This document shows positions 52,309-64,000 of a stretch of 64,000 bases of DNA, piece by piece. This DNA comes from Saccostrea cucullata. Taxonomy: Eukaryota. Numbering within the stretch: the first letter of the stretch is position 1; each line of letters opens with the position of its first letter. The position numbers and the translations under genes are program-made. The notes beneath the pieces are model-generated. The model saw nothing but the letters and a program-made list of their open reading frames with translations, had not been told where the DNA came from and made no database searches. Location: positions 124,001-188,000 of the forward strand of contig NW_026923633.1 of NCBI RefSeq assembly GCF_032062105.1, in the 5' to 3' direction.

Positions 52309-52674
52309 ATACAATTAAAATTTTAGTAATTTGCTAAAATGTTTTCATATCTGGAATATTTTCTAATCCCGCCTATTTCTTTGGAACTAGTGGTAGCTGG
52401 ATTAGTCAAGTTTTATTGTACATTAAAAACAAAACACAATAATGCTGACATTCATCAGATGACTTGGATTTCATTTATAAAAGAGATCATATCTTGTGTA
52501 TTATCACAGTTTACAGCCTGATTCTATTATCAAGGTGGGGTTAAATCTGAAAAAACTTAAATACTCAACATTGTTCAACATCGAAATCTTTTAACAAAAT
52601 TTTCACGAATATTCATACATTGTATCTACATGTAACTTAAACATATGTATAAACATGTAACTTAAATATATATA

Positions 52675-53745
52675 CGAGGGTTGATCCAAAAGTTCGTGGA
52701 ATTTCTTTAATTTATATCTTATTTATTTATAAGTGAAATTGTGTGAAAATTACAAATGAGAATATAGACATGCACTTGTTGAATATTTTAGATAAAAAAA
52801 TGTTTTAAATATTTGTGATGGTAAGTCTATAGCATTTGCCATAGCAACGGATGTTTGGAAATGCGGGGAAGACATCAACAATCATTTTAATTCTTAATAC
52901 TTGAAATGATATTAAAACCACCCTATGTATTACAGAAAATGAAAATTATGTCATTATTAAGATTCCTTGATCTTTTATAAACCCTTGTATGCAAGTTTTA
53001 CTGATTTTACTGGATATTTTGTTTATTAGTTGATAGTTTTTTGTTCATATTTTGGTTGTTAAACAACGTCAAATTTCGGTAAAGTCATAAGTTTTGTGAA
53101 AATCCCGGAATCACTCTATCTTAAATGCATATATCATTGACACAAACTGGTGAAAATTACATTTAGTTACTGGATTTCCAGTGTCACAAAAAATTGAAGA
53201 AAAATAGAACTTCCACGGACGTTGATTCAAGTTGTGGCCGCCTTTTTGAGGCTCTGTTTTAAGACTAGTGTTTATCCCCCTAGACAAATTAAAAGCGATA
53301 ATAGACGTTGTCAACTGACGTTCTGTTCTTGACATTGCTAATGAAATCGAAACATCATAGGGAAAGATGGGGGATATTTTGAAATATGAGTGAAAAATGA
53401 AGATGAGTTGGTGCGAGAGGATACCCAGGCTTTTCATGAGAAAAAAAAAATATAGAAAAGGACAGCATTTTGTGAAATTACGTATTCGAATTGGACATTA
53501 GGGTGAGATGCCTCTATAACGTGACGTGACATACCTCACTTGACGTTACGTCGAAGTCTCCCCCGGGTTTCACAACTATCCATTTTCAGAAAGCTCGTGT
53601 GACCTTATTGGTAATTGGAATGTAGTGAAATTTTCCAGTATTGTTGCATTATGACTCTATTTTATAAATATGCCCATTGTTTGCTTTTATAAAATCACGA
53701 TAGAATTTTAGAAAGAAATTCAACGAACTTTTGGATCAACCCTCA
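52675..53745. mobile_element. Mariner-type non-autonomous DNA transposon (TA TSD), immediately downstream of the kelch gene stop
   Basis: ta|cgagggttgatccaaaagttcgtggaatttc...gaaattcaacgaacttttggatcaaccctca|ta. Confidence 0.8.
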
Positions 53746-53803
53746 TATATATTTAAATAACAATATAGACATGTAATCTGCATCACAAGGAAGCACTGAT
53801 TCT

Positions 53804-56185
53804 TTAATCTGCTTCATCCTGGAGCATGGAATATTCTACATCGTATTTCTTATTCTCACTTTTCCTACTTCCTGTGAAATATTTACGAGCAAAACTGAAA
53901 GTAACAACTAGAACAAGAAGCAAACTGATAAAGAAAAACACGAGCATGAACACTGATCCCGGCCAAGCAGAGCTTCTGTAATTAACCTCGCTATGGACGT
54001 CGATCCCCCAAACATCGTCCAATAGACTGAAAGCTTTCGTAGAGTCATGTCCTATCCCGCCCACTACATACAATTCGTTCCACGTATTAAAAGCCATGGC
54101 GTCTGTTCGACAGCTTGGATATCTTCCGTGATCAAATTCGTTATCCGCTGAACCGTAACTTCCCGGGTCACTGGCTCTATCTGTTCCACCCATCCATGAC
54201 CACATTTTATAGTCCAGGTCAAAGTACCAAAGGTCATTCAGAATGACATCTGGAACTTCATCCGAGATTGTTCTGGGGTCGGAGGAGGCCCCCTCTCCCC
54301 CAAACATCCACAGGTGCCCCTCACTATCCGTCCAACGAATTGCTCCTCTCCGACATCCAGGAATATTTTTCTCGTTTGCCAGGCCTTTTTTGCCATAATA
54401 ACCTGCCAAGCACTTATTCGGATCTCCCATAATTTTAATCCATGTATTTTTCTTGCAGTCAAAATTCCACAGATCAGTGGAAAAGCCTGAATTGTTATGA
54501 GAATCCACTTTGTTTTTGTTTTTTGTGTTTCCAGAGAACATATAGAGCTGTTCATTGTGGGCGACCCAGGCCGTTGCCCCACTACGCCCTGCAGGATACG
54601 ATATCTGGGGACGGATGATGCCTTTCCGGTGAAGCTCTGATGAGAGTTTCTCTTGCCTCCAATTAAGATCGATTAGGCTGTACTCCCACATGTCATCCAA
54701 CTGATCCAAAGTCTCAGAAATGCCTCCAAAGACCATCATTTTTGTATGCATACACCACACAACAGCGTCTGCTCTTGGATTGGGGGACTCACCAAGGCTC
54801 TCATTCCTCATATTCTTAAGCATCTCTGACAATGGAAGCCACTCTTTCTTCTTGAACACAAAGACCCAGGTGTCTCCAAGCACCTGTTGGTCCTTATTCA
54901 TCCCCCCAAACACCACAATCAGTGTCCCAGGTACCCCACACATGGAGGCAAACCTCCTGGGAACAGGTGCCCTATTTTTATTTTTGGAAGATATGTCCAT
55001 GCTTTCCGATCCAGGATGTTCCAAAGTCCATTTTCTTTCCCTGACATTGTATTTCCAGAGATCGTTTTTCATGGATGGCCGACCATTATAGATACCTTTT
55101 CCGCCGAACACCCAGGTGTTGAAAACGTCTTCCTGCCAAAATGAACCTCCTCCCCTGCCACCGATGGACGTCTTAGAGGGTTCCTGATTCCCATGGCTAT
55201 TTCCAAAGGCCCATCTAAACCTAATGCCTGAAAATAAAATTTGAAAAAATCTTACTCTTTTTCGTTGAACATATAATTTATAGCCCATTTGTTCTAATGC
55301 AGTAATGGGAAATAAAAAAAAAAAGATTTTTAAAATTCCCTGTATGTTCCTATTCTTCACAAGGTCTAGAACCACTAACCAAACATCTCAATCAGTGACA
55401 CTGCTTTGTTAAGCTTTATTCACAATTTTGCAATGATATTTGCTATGTACATAAAAAAATCAAAATTGTGAAAAATTATAGCCTTGTCAGATATTTGGGA
55501 CTTGGTTTTCCTGTGTACAGATGTAACTTGATTGAGAGGGTTTCAAGTCACCTCTCAAAGTGCATGACAAAGATCTGCACTCTTTCAAACACCATGACAT
55601 TACTATAACGGGGATCTGAAGTTTACTCGGACGCAGATTATTGCAAGGCCATGCGGAGTAATGCCCCTTTAACTCTGCCAATTCTTTTTTGATTTTAAAC
55701 TTTGTAGGCCAATCATTATATATGTGAATGTTTCCTAAAATTGTATTTTGTGGTCGCACACCTCCTTCAAGGTTCAAAGTTATACTATATGCTAATTAAA
55801 TAAGATTGCGTTGTCTTATTTCAGTGGCGGATCCAGGAATCTTGAAAGGGGGTTGGGCTGTGTACCAGATGTATCTTGATTGAGAGGGGCCCCATCCACA
55901 TTAAAAAATTCATCGATTTATTTTATCTTATGTATATTTGGACACAAAAGGGTCCGGGTCCCCTGAGCTTCCCTCTAAATCCACCAGTGCAATAAGGTGA
56001 AGAAAGGTAACGCTTTTGATTTTGCAAGGTCCAAAGTGAACGTACACAAATGACGTAGAAAAGATTCAAGTTTGAAAGTTTTCAAAATCAAGGCAAAGTT
56101 TGTAATCTTACTTACCCTTAACAGAAGAAGTGGTTAAAATCAACAGAAAAATTACAAACATAAAATTCCTCCCAAGTGTACCCAT
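53804..56185 (-). CDS. Uncharacterised type I membrane protein with extracellular/luminal kelch beta-propeller, ~497 aa, 2 coding exons
   Basis: Exon 1 56185-56116 (MGTLGRNFMFVIFLLILTTSSVKG, signal peptide) splices in phase 1 to exon 2 55227-53804. About six FGG...D(L/T/M/V)W kelch repeats, TM VFMLVFFFISLLLVLVVTFSFA, short tail ending YSMLQDEAD. Confidence 0.88.
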
Positions 56186-56462
56186 TTCGCAATTTTAGTG
56201 AAACAGAAAGTAAAAGCTAGAGGTATTCCGATTTTTAGCTCCAAGAGTATGCTAATTGATGTAAAATGTTCCTTGGTGTCATATTGAATTTTAAATTATT
56301 ATTTCCTTTCTTTTATTGCCTAAAAACAAACAAACAAATAAAATATACAAGAATGAATGAATAAATAAATAAATCATAGACACCCCTCAGTTTAATTGAT
56401 AGTTAAAAAAATATTATCTACTGTATTGTACATTCTGTAGTCTGTATGAATGAATGAATGAA

Positions 56463-56493
<31 letters not shown>

Positions 56494-56791
56494 ATTAATT
56501 AATTAATTAATTAATTTGAAAAAGCAAAAAATTTTATTAATCGCACACTACTTTTTGTACTGTGGTCGTGCTTTCTTTTAAAATACAGAGAATATATAAT
56601 ATTCTGTAGGTTAATTTTTTAAAAACCTACACCTTTTCCGTTGAATTCAGAAAAAACATATTAAAATAATATTAAATAATGATAAATGAATTGCAAAATA
56701 TTTATTATTTAATTTTATTATTATCTATTATAATAAATGAAATCTACTTTGAACTTATTCTAAACAATTCGAAGTCTTTGTTGTTGTTGTT

Positions 56792-57432
56792 ACTTACTTA
56801 TGGTTACTTATGGCATTTTTCCAACACAGGTCCTGTCAAGGTCCTCTTCGTCGGACTCCAAACTTGCTTTGTGACTACTTGGGTGACTACCGTTGTAATC
56901 GGTTTTAAAGTCTACTTTGTAATTATAGAGCACATCCTGGTCCTTACAGAAGTTGTCTAGTCTATTCTTGAAAGTATTCAGAGTTTTAGCACTTATCCTC
57001 TGGTAAGCTATTCCATAGACTGACAGTTCTAACACTGAAGCTGAATTTTCTTATATTGAGTCTCGGTCTCTGTACAAACAGCTTCTTGGAATTCCCTCTT
57101 CCTTGTTCCCTAGTAACTTGGTCTCTCCTTAACTTGATAAAGTCTGCTGCTAATGGGTCGTACTTTCCACTTGTTATTTTGTACACTTCAATCATATCTC
57201 CTCGGTGGCGCCTGTACTTCAGCGTTGGTAGTTTTAGTTTCTTCAACCTTTCTTCATGGCTTAATTTTGCCAATCCTGGAATCTGCTTGGTAGCTCTTCT
57301 CTGCACTCCTTCCATCATCTCTATGTGTCTTGATTTGAAAGGGAACCAGACCGAACTCGCATAGTCTAAATGTGTCCTGACAAGTGTCTTATAAAGAGGA
57401 ATGAAAGTTTCTTCGTCCAAATGTTGAAAACA
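56792..57432 (-). mobile_element. CR1 LINE, 5'-truncated 3' fragment
   Basis: LYKTLVRTHLDYASSVWFP...EGVQRRATK...RRHRGDMIEVYKI...FSVRTVSLWNSLP; (taag)n tail; ttgttgttgtt direct repeat on both sides. Confidence 0.9.
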
Positions 57433-57689
57433 TTGTTGTTGTTAACAACGACAACAACAACAACAACAAAAACTTCGAATGTTTTAGAAAGAAAAATTAA
57501 CCTTCAAACAAAATTAATAATTATTCTACTTTAAAAAAAAAAATTATGTTATAAAGCATGTGCCTAACAGTTACATCCATACACACACCCTGGAATCTGC
57601 CGAGCTATTAAAGTTATATACTAAAACAACAAAAAAGTGACCGTGACCTTGGACCCCCCTCCCCGAGAAGTCGACCCGTTTACCCGTGT

Positions 57690-58700
57690 ATATCAAACCC
57701 CAAGGTCAAGGACAAGAGGTCGAATTTGGTGGTACCTGAAGAAAGGTCCTGTGCATGGTCAATCCATTCGTCTGTCTTTCTGTTTATTTGTTTGTCCGCT
57801 AAAACTTTAAATTTGCCCATAACTTAGGCCGGAGTGGGCGGGGCTGTGGCTCCATATTTTCACAGGTATATTCCTTGTGACAAGACCTTTCTTCAGGTAC
57901 CACCAAATTCGACCTCTTGTCCTTGACCTTGGGGTTTGATCCACTTTTTATAAAAAAAAAATAGCAAACTTAAAACATAGCCCTAACTTTTGATCAGTTA
58001 AAATTGTGCTAGGGCTTTCAAGATTACTTCACATGAGTTTCTTGGTGACATCTTTCAATGGGTATAAATATTTTTGACCTTGACCTTATATTGTGGGCCA
58101 CTTTTTAATAAAAAAAAAATAACAATTTTGGCCACAACTTTCTAATTGTTAGAAATAAGGCTTTCATAATTTATATTCCTTAAGGACACTCTCTACACCA
58201 CTGCAAAATGTTTTTTGGACATTGGGGAAAATATACTGCATATTAAAAGGTGTTAATATTAAGCTTATCTATTTAATTTTCACTTTATGGTACGTGACAT
58301 TTACCCCCAGAAGAAATGTTCAAACACAACACAGTATCCGTGAATAGATCGAAATCACAGTTGTTTACTTCCACAGAGAAAATACATGCAATTAACATTT
58401 TCAATTAATTTATTTTGGCCTTTTAAAATGTTCAGAAAACTTGAATTGGTTAAAAATTGAGTAATATACTGTAAATTTCTATTTTTTAGAATTTACATCT
58501 AAGGGCAGAACACTCTTAACTACAAAAAATAGCATAGAATCAGAACTCTCTAGTGTGCAGTGTAGAGAGGGTTCTTCCTTTGCCAATTGGGTACCAATAA
58601 TTTTGACCTTTTAACCTTGACCTTGACTTACATTTGAGAAAATTCAACCATTGCCATAAGCTGCTATACAGGTACATCAGTGTTTCGCAAACACATCTTA
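57690..58700. mobile_element. Rearranged HINE fragments with a nested Kolobok-like MITE (~58184-58578)
   Basis: ttgaccttg/gtgacaagacc motifs; 57693-57748 is an inverted copy of 57884-57940; ttaa-ggacactctctacac / gtgtagagagggttc arms. Confidence 0.55.
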
Positions 58701-58823
58701 ATTTAAAAAAATATATAGATTATATATATTATCACTTTTCGTCGCCCGGGATACATTTAGGTACTTTGCGTCAATTAGATTATCGATTTGAGAAGAGGGA
58801 TTCCGAAAGGTGTTTTGTCAAAG

Positions 58824-61800
58824 ATGGCAGGACCTGAAAAGAAACTCGAGAGATCTAAGAGCGGACTTCGAATGATCCCCGTGTCTGACTCTGATTCGAG
58901 CCCATTTTCCCTCCCAGAACCTCCCTGGGTATCAGACGATGAGGTAAGTTAAATGAACCAGGAATGACATAGTGAACAGTTCCGTAAATTGCATCAATTT
59001 TATGCATAAAAAAATATACGCCCATCATAAAAAACAAAACAAAATAAGCCCAATGTCTTCTAAATGAGTTCATTGTTGCATATTGTAATTATTCGAATTC
59101 AAGAGGGATATTTCTCTTTCTTTTTTTCCAGTGCAAACTGTGTCAAAACTGCAGAGCAAAATTTGATTTCTTCAAAAGAAGAAAGGTAAACACTATTAAA
59201 AGAAGCAACACTGAACAGGCGTTAAATAAAAATATATAACAATTCCAAAATGTTATTTAAAATATTTAGATTTAAAAAAAACAGTCTAAATGATTACTAT
59301 GGTGACAGATCTTGCCTATTTTTTGCCTCAGCATCACTGTCGTCGCTGTGGAAAGTGCTTCTGTAACGACTGTTGTCAGGAGAAGGTGAATTTACCCAGA
59401 ATGCTATTCCTGGACCCAGTCCGTCATTGCCAAGTCTGCGTAGAGATTTCACGGAAAGAGGAGGACTTTTTTGAGAAGCATTTAAAAACACTGCTGAATG
59501 GTATATTTCTGTCATATAAATTTAGTTGATCTTTAATTGGTAGATTGTCAAAGTGTGATTTTTTGAGTTCTAGCTACTAGGCTTACAATAAGTTGAGACA
59601 GGAAGCAATTTTTCACTGTTTCAGTACCCAGAATTTGTCATTTGGAATTAAAAATTAGCAAAATAAACTATTGGACATTATTCTGAAACAGTCTCTTTAA
59701 TCGACAATTCATCTTCACTTCAAAATTATTGAAATCCCTGAAATACGGTATACCTTTGACATGTCAAAGAGTTTCAATTTAAGTCTGAGCAAATTGTCGA
59801 AAGTCCTTTTTTGTTGAAATGTCTTTATTTTGAATTCTTTAATAGATATATCAAATTTTTATGACCATGCAATGAGTTCACAATAATGAGTTCTAGCAGT
59901 TTAAGATACAAATGTTTATCATCTAACAGATACTGCTGTTTTTTTTTTTTTTTAGGAGGTTATTTTAACGTGACTGATTCAGATACAGGACCAGATGAGG
60001 GATCTCTCTTTTTCGTCAAACTATCGGCCAATCACAGGTGAGGAACACTCTGAATGGTGTCCATTCTCATAAAATGGTCGGAAGATTTAAAAAAAAATTT
60101 TAAAAACGTTTTTTTTGTAGCATAGTGATTGCAGTATTGAGCTCAGTTATCTAATAAGATTTTGTGTGTTAATTCCATTTTAAGCTAGTATTTATACACT
60201 GTAGAGACAGTTGTTAAAATTTAGAACCATTTTCTACATTTGATTGATAACCAGCAGAAAGACCAATATAGAATATGAAATTAACAAGTGGAATAAAGAG
60301 TAGCTTTAAGAAATAATTTGACTATACACTGTACATGTATTTTTAAGGTATTTTAATGCTGAATGTTAATTCTTACAGATTGCACAGAACAACAAAAGAT
60401 TTACATGTAATTGGTTTGACCTAAATTGTTTTAAAATCTAATTATAGACAGCTGCTATTTGAGGGAGATAATGACAAACACGAACCAGTTCAGATTGAGA
60501 AAATCGACACCTTGCAGATTCTACCATCAGGCAAAGATGAAGAAGGTGAAAAGATTTCTTTTTTAAAACAAAGTGATATTCAACCACTAGAAGAATGCTT
60601 TGCGTAATATTGGCTGAATTGAATGAAATAGTCAAAGAAGTTAAATTATGTTATCAATATTTTGGCTGCAAATGTTTCTATTATGTGTGTTTTTTTTCTG
60701 CCCCATATCGCTCTCAGATGAAATTTACTCAGGTAAACTACTAAACTTGTAAAAATTATTTTGTTGTGTATTGTTGTGTTACACTGGAGACCATTTTCTC
60801 GTTAATGTTGTGTAAACAGTTGTTTTTTTTTTAACCTCAGCATGAATATGGCTGGGGTGTAGAGTGTTTGTCTTGTCTGTCTTCCATTCTGTCGTGTATC
60901 AAATTTTGCATTTACATGTATATATACAAAAGCCCAATTTTTAAGAAACTATTAGAATATTTTTCTCATACATGTAATTCATGAACTCAGAATCACTTGA
61001 TATTTGCATTATTGAACAAAGAAAAATTCAAATAGAATGTTTTAAAAAGGTGAATATATCTTAAAAAACAAATCACTTGATATTTGCATGAAAAAATATA
61101 TTACTATAATTTGAACATGGTTTTTGCATAATAGAGAAATACTAGAAGTAAAGAGATAATCGCAAGAATCTCATGTGGCCATTTTATCATATATGTATAT
61201 ATAAGTTTGTTTGTATAAACTCCATACATAGTAGTATTTATCAGTTACTTGTTGAAGGATGATAAAGACACATTTTTTGTTCACAAGGTCAGAGTTTAAA
61301 GTTTAAGAGGTCAATATTATGGGTAAAATCCCTGGATGATTCAATTTCTATGCTTCACCTTAGGCATCATAATGTATTGAATTTATCTGTTGTTAATTTA
61401 GTAGAGATTTCTACCAGTAATAATTTGTTCATTATATGATTTTAAGGCAACACCTTAGCTGGGGGCATTGCAATAAAATACACCAACACCACTGGAGGGA
61501 CGAACATCATTAAGATGATGGTGGACAGTGGGGGGAACAAAAAACCTGGACAAATCTGGATCGCTGCTATGCAGAAAGTAAGATCCTCCTCCATGGTCAA
61601 TAGTTTCATACATTTATATACAATAAAACTCGGTTATAATCTAAAATTTTTATTCTGTATAAGGAAAATATGAAAAGTCTTCAACAGGAGGTTCCTTAGA
61701 GCCAGAGATTACCTGTATAAGCGATTATTTTATAACACAGAACAAAATGTTAATGCTATCATTAATATTATCAGGATATTTTTACCATAAAATGTATTTC

Positions 61801-62352
61801 CTGATGCCTATACATTTACAGGTGATATCAAAGTAACGGAGAATAAAATTACCCACATAAATTATAGTGACTAATATACAATAAAATACCTCCAGTCTTT
61901 AAGTTATCCAATTTTATCAATTAAAGGAAGGTTTAAATATATTTAAATATATATAGAAAAAACATGTTTTTCTTTTTTCTGTCATACTACATGTATCTGT
62001 AAGTGTTGAAGCTTATAGAGAGGAAAAAAACTGTATCCTGGTTCACTTATAAATATCACTACAGGATTTGAATTTTTGTTACACAAAATCAGTGTTATAT
62101 TTCATTCAGAAAATACTATTCAATGATGAAAAATTTGATATGCGGAACTCTATTTTTTTTTAATGCAAATTGAGCAGGAAGCTTACAGTGTAAATGTCAA
62201 CATGTGCATAGCACACGGGATGTGCCTTCCTGTTTGTACACTACCTTCCTGGATTTAACTTCCTGAAATTAAATTTGATCATATTATTAAAATTCACGCA
62301 TTATTTATCACTGCAGGCATTTAAAATGGTATATGATGCTAGAGCAAAGTAA
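58824..62352 (+). CDS. ZFYVE21: Zinc finger FYVE domain-containing protein 21, 229 aa, 7 exons
   Basis: Exons 58824-58943, 59132-59185, 59332-59500, 59956-60037, 60448-60545, 61447-61577, 62317-62352. KKLERSKSGLRM...PFSLPEPPWVSD, RKHHCRRCGKCFC FYVE, DPVRHC, C-terminal WIAAMQKAFKMVY. Confidence 0.95.
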
Positions 62353-64000
62353 ACGATGGAGAAATAATTGAGAGAGGAGGCAGAAAAAGAGAACGAAAGA
62401 GACAGAGAGAAAGTCAAAACAGAAATATGTTTTATGTGTCATATATCAGTACTATATTGTTATGATTTTATAACTTTTAAAACACAGAGGCATTTTGTTT
62501 GATTGAATCATGGACTCTCTTGCCAGATATATGTGTAGTTTGTGTCGTGTCTGTGATTATATAAGTACATGTTTATAAATACTCTTCGTATGGAACATAC
62601 TATTTAATCATTCAATGTTTCATGCATTTATCTACTTATATATAGATGTGATACACATTGCACTGTGTGTTCATTTGCATATATTTCTGAATACAGTCAG
62701 ACTTCAGTATCTGGGAAATGTATTTGTAAGGGCCCTTGGGTACACTGTATTCAAAGTTTTTTGTAGAATTTATTATGTAGAAATAGCTCTGGTACATCAA
62801 ATCATGAGATATAATTTTTCTGACAATCCTGCAATTGTATAAAAGTATTTCTTGTTCTTGAGATATTTCGTGGGTTATCAGTAAAACACGATATAAATAA
62901 GTGCCAGGGAAGTATGTGTTTTTTTGTAATACACATGTAATTGTAATTTGTTATAAATGTATATTTTGTTTACAATATTTTTTAAAACGAGGGGAACAAA
63001 AACCTCGCTGTAAGCTTCACTTTCTTATACCAATAAATATGTTTGATATAAGCATTTTTTACTGTATATGGTGAAATCACTAATTTTCGTTGTTTTTGAG
63101 GTAGGAGATTTTCTTTTGTTATAACCACAAAATGTAAAATTTTTATGCATCATTGTTTACACATATAATTAAATCCTACAAACCAATAACCACATCAAAC
63201 CTCGAAATTTTGACCCCATGAAAATATGTGATTTTACAGTGTTACAGTGAATCCTGTCATAATAAATCTGGTATCTCAATAACTCTGCAATATGTCTTCA
63301 ATGTCCTTGTTTTTATAGAAAATCGTGTCATAATAAAAAAAAAATCTCAATTTTGCATCTCAAACATGAATTATCTTTAGGCTTTTTTGCTATGAATCTT
63401 GTCATAATACAAATTTTTATCTTATCTTAACTTAAGCATCTCACAATCTCAGATATCTCAATATTATATATTTTATGATAGCCCTATCATATTTGAGATA
63501 ATGGAGTTTGACTGTATAAACACCACCCTAAAGGTGAAGGTTATATATACTAAGTACATGTATATACACTGATATACTAAATTGTTGCTTTGTATTGATA
63601 GGTTGTAATCTATTGGTTACTGTTGAATAAGCATTGTTCTTCTTATGTTAATTAAATTAAAGAAGAAGACTTAATGAATGTTCTTCTACATACTGTACTG
63701 TACATGAAAACAGGATTTTTTTCCTATTCTGTGACTTGCACTTCTTGCAGACTGTATTTAAAAGATCATTTGATGAAAACCAATATTGTATCTATCTGTG
63801 GTGCAGTTTGTTTTTAATGCATGGTTTTAAAAGTTCATTTGTATGAAGTAACCAATTTTTTGTTTATCTCTTGTAATCATCTTTAGGTACATATTATGCA
63901 GTTTGTTTTTCAAATTACAATGCTAAAAAATGTTGTAAAATGCATTTTACCATCCAAACATAATTGTATTTATGTACATAATGATTTCAAAAGAAGTGAA

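Noticed and set aside
55228-55375. N-terminal part of the 523-aa kelch ORF
   Set aside because: Intronic read-through; a good acceptor at 55227 joins in phase to a signal-peptide exon.

Overview
AT-rich, intron-containing animal genomic DNA. The repeat landscape (Helentron/HINE elements with ~168-bp Cg170-like arrays, Penelope-like RT relics, TTAA Kolobok-type MITEs) points to a bivalve, probably an oyster (inference). Six spliced protein-coding genes were reconstructed by hand with GT-AG boundaries and consistent phases: a two-pore-domain K+ channel (K2P/KCNK, minus), aftiphilin (AFTPH, minus) head-to-head with WDR91 (plus), CNRIP1 (minus), an uncharacterised signal-peptide + kelch-propeller + TM protein (minus), and ZFYVE21 (plus). 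Introns and intergenic DNA are dense with mobile elements. The most notable items are: (1) a tandem array of a miniature LTR retroelement (LTR-PBS-PPT-LTR-PBS-PPT-LTR) whose LTRs each carry a tRNA-derived Pol III promoter; (2) the membrane-anchored kelch protein with bacterial-style repeats in one exon; (3) tandem duplications centred on AFTPH splice junctions; (4) a head-to-head Helentron pair and 33-67 bp palindromic insertions with target-site duplications. Coordinates were counted by eye and may be off by a few bases for repeats.
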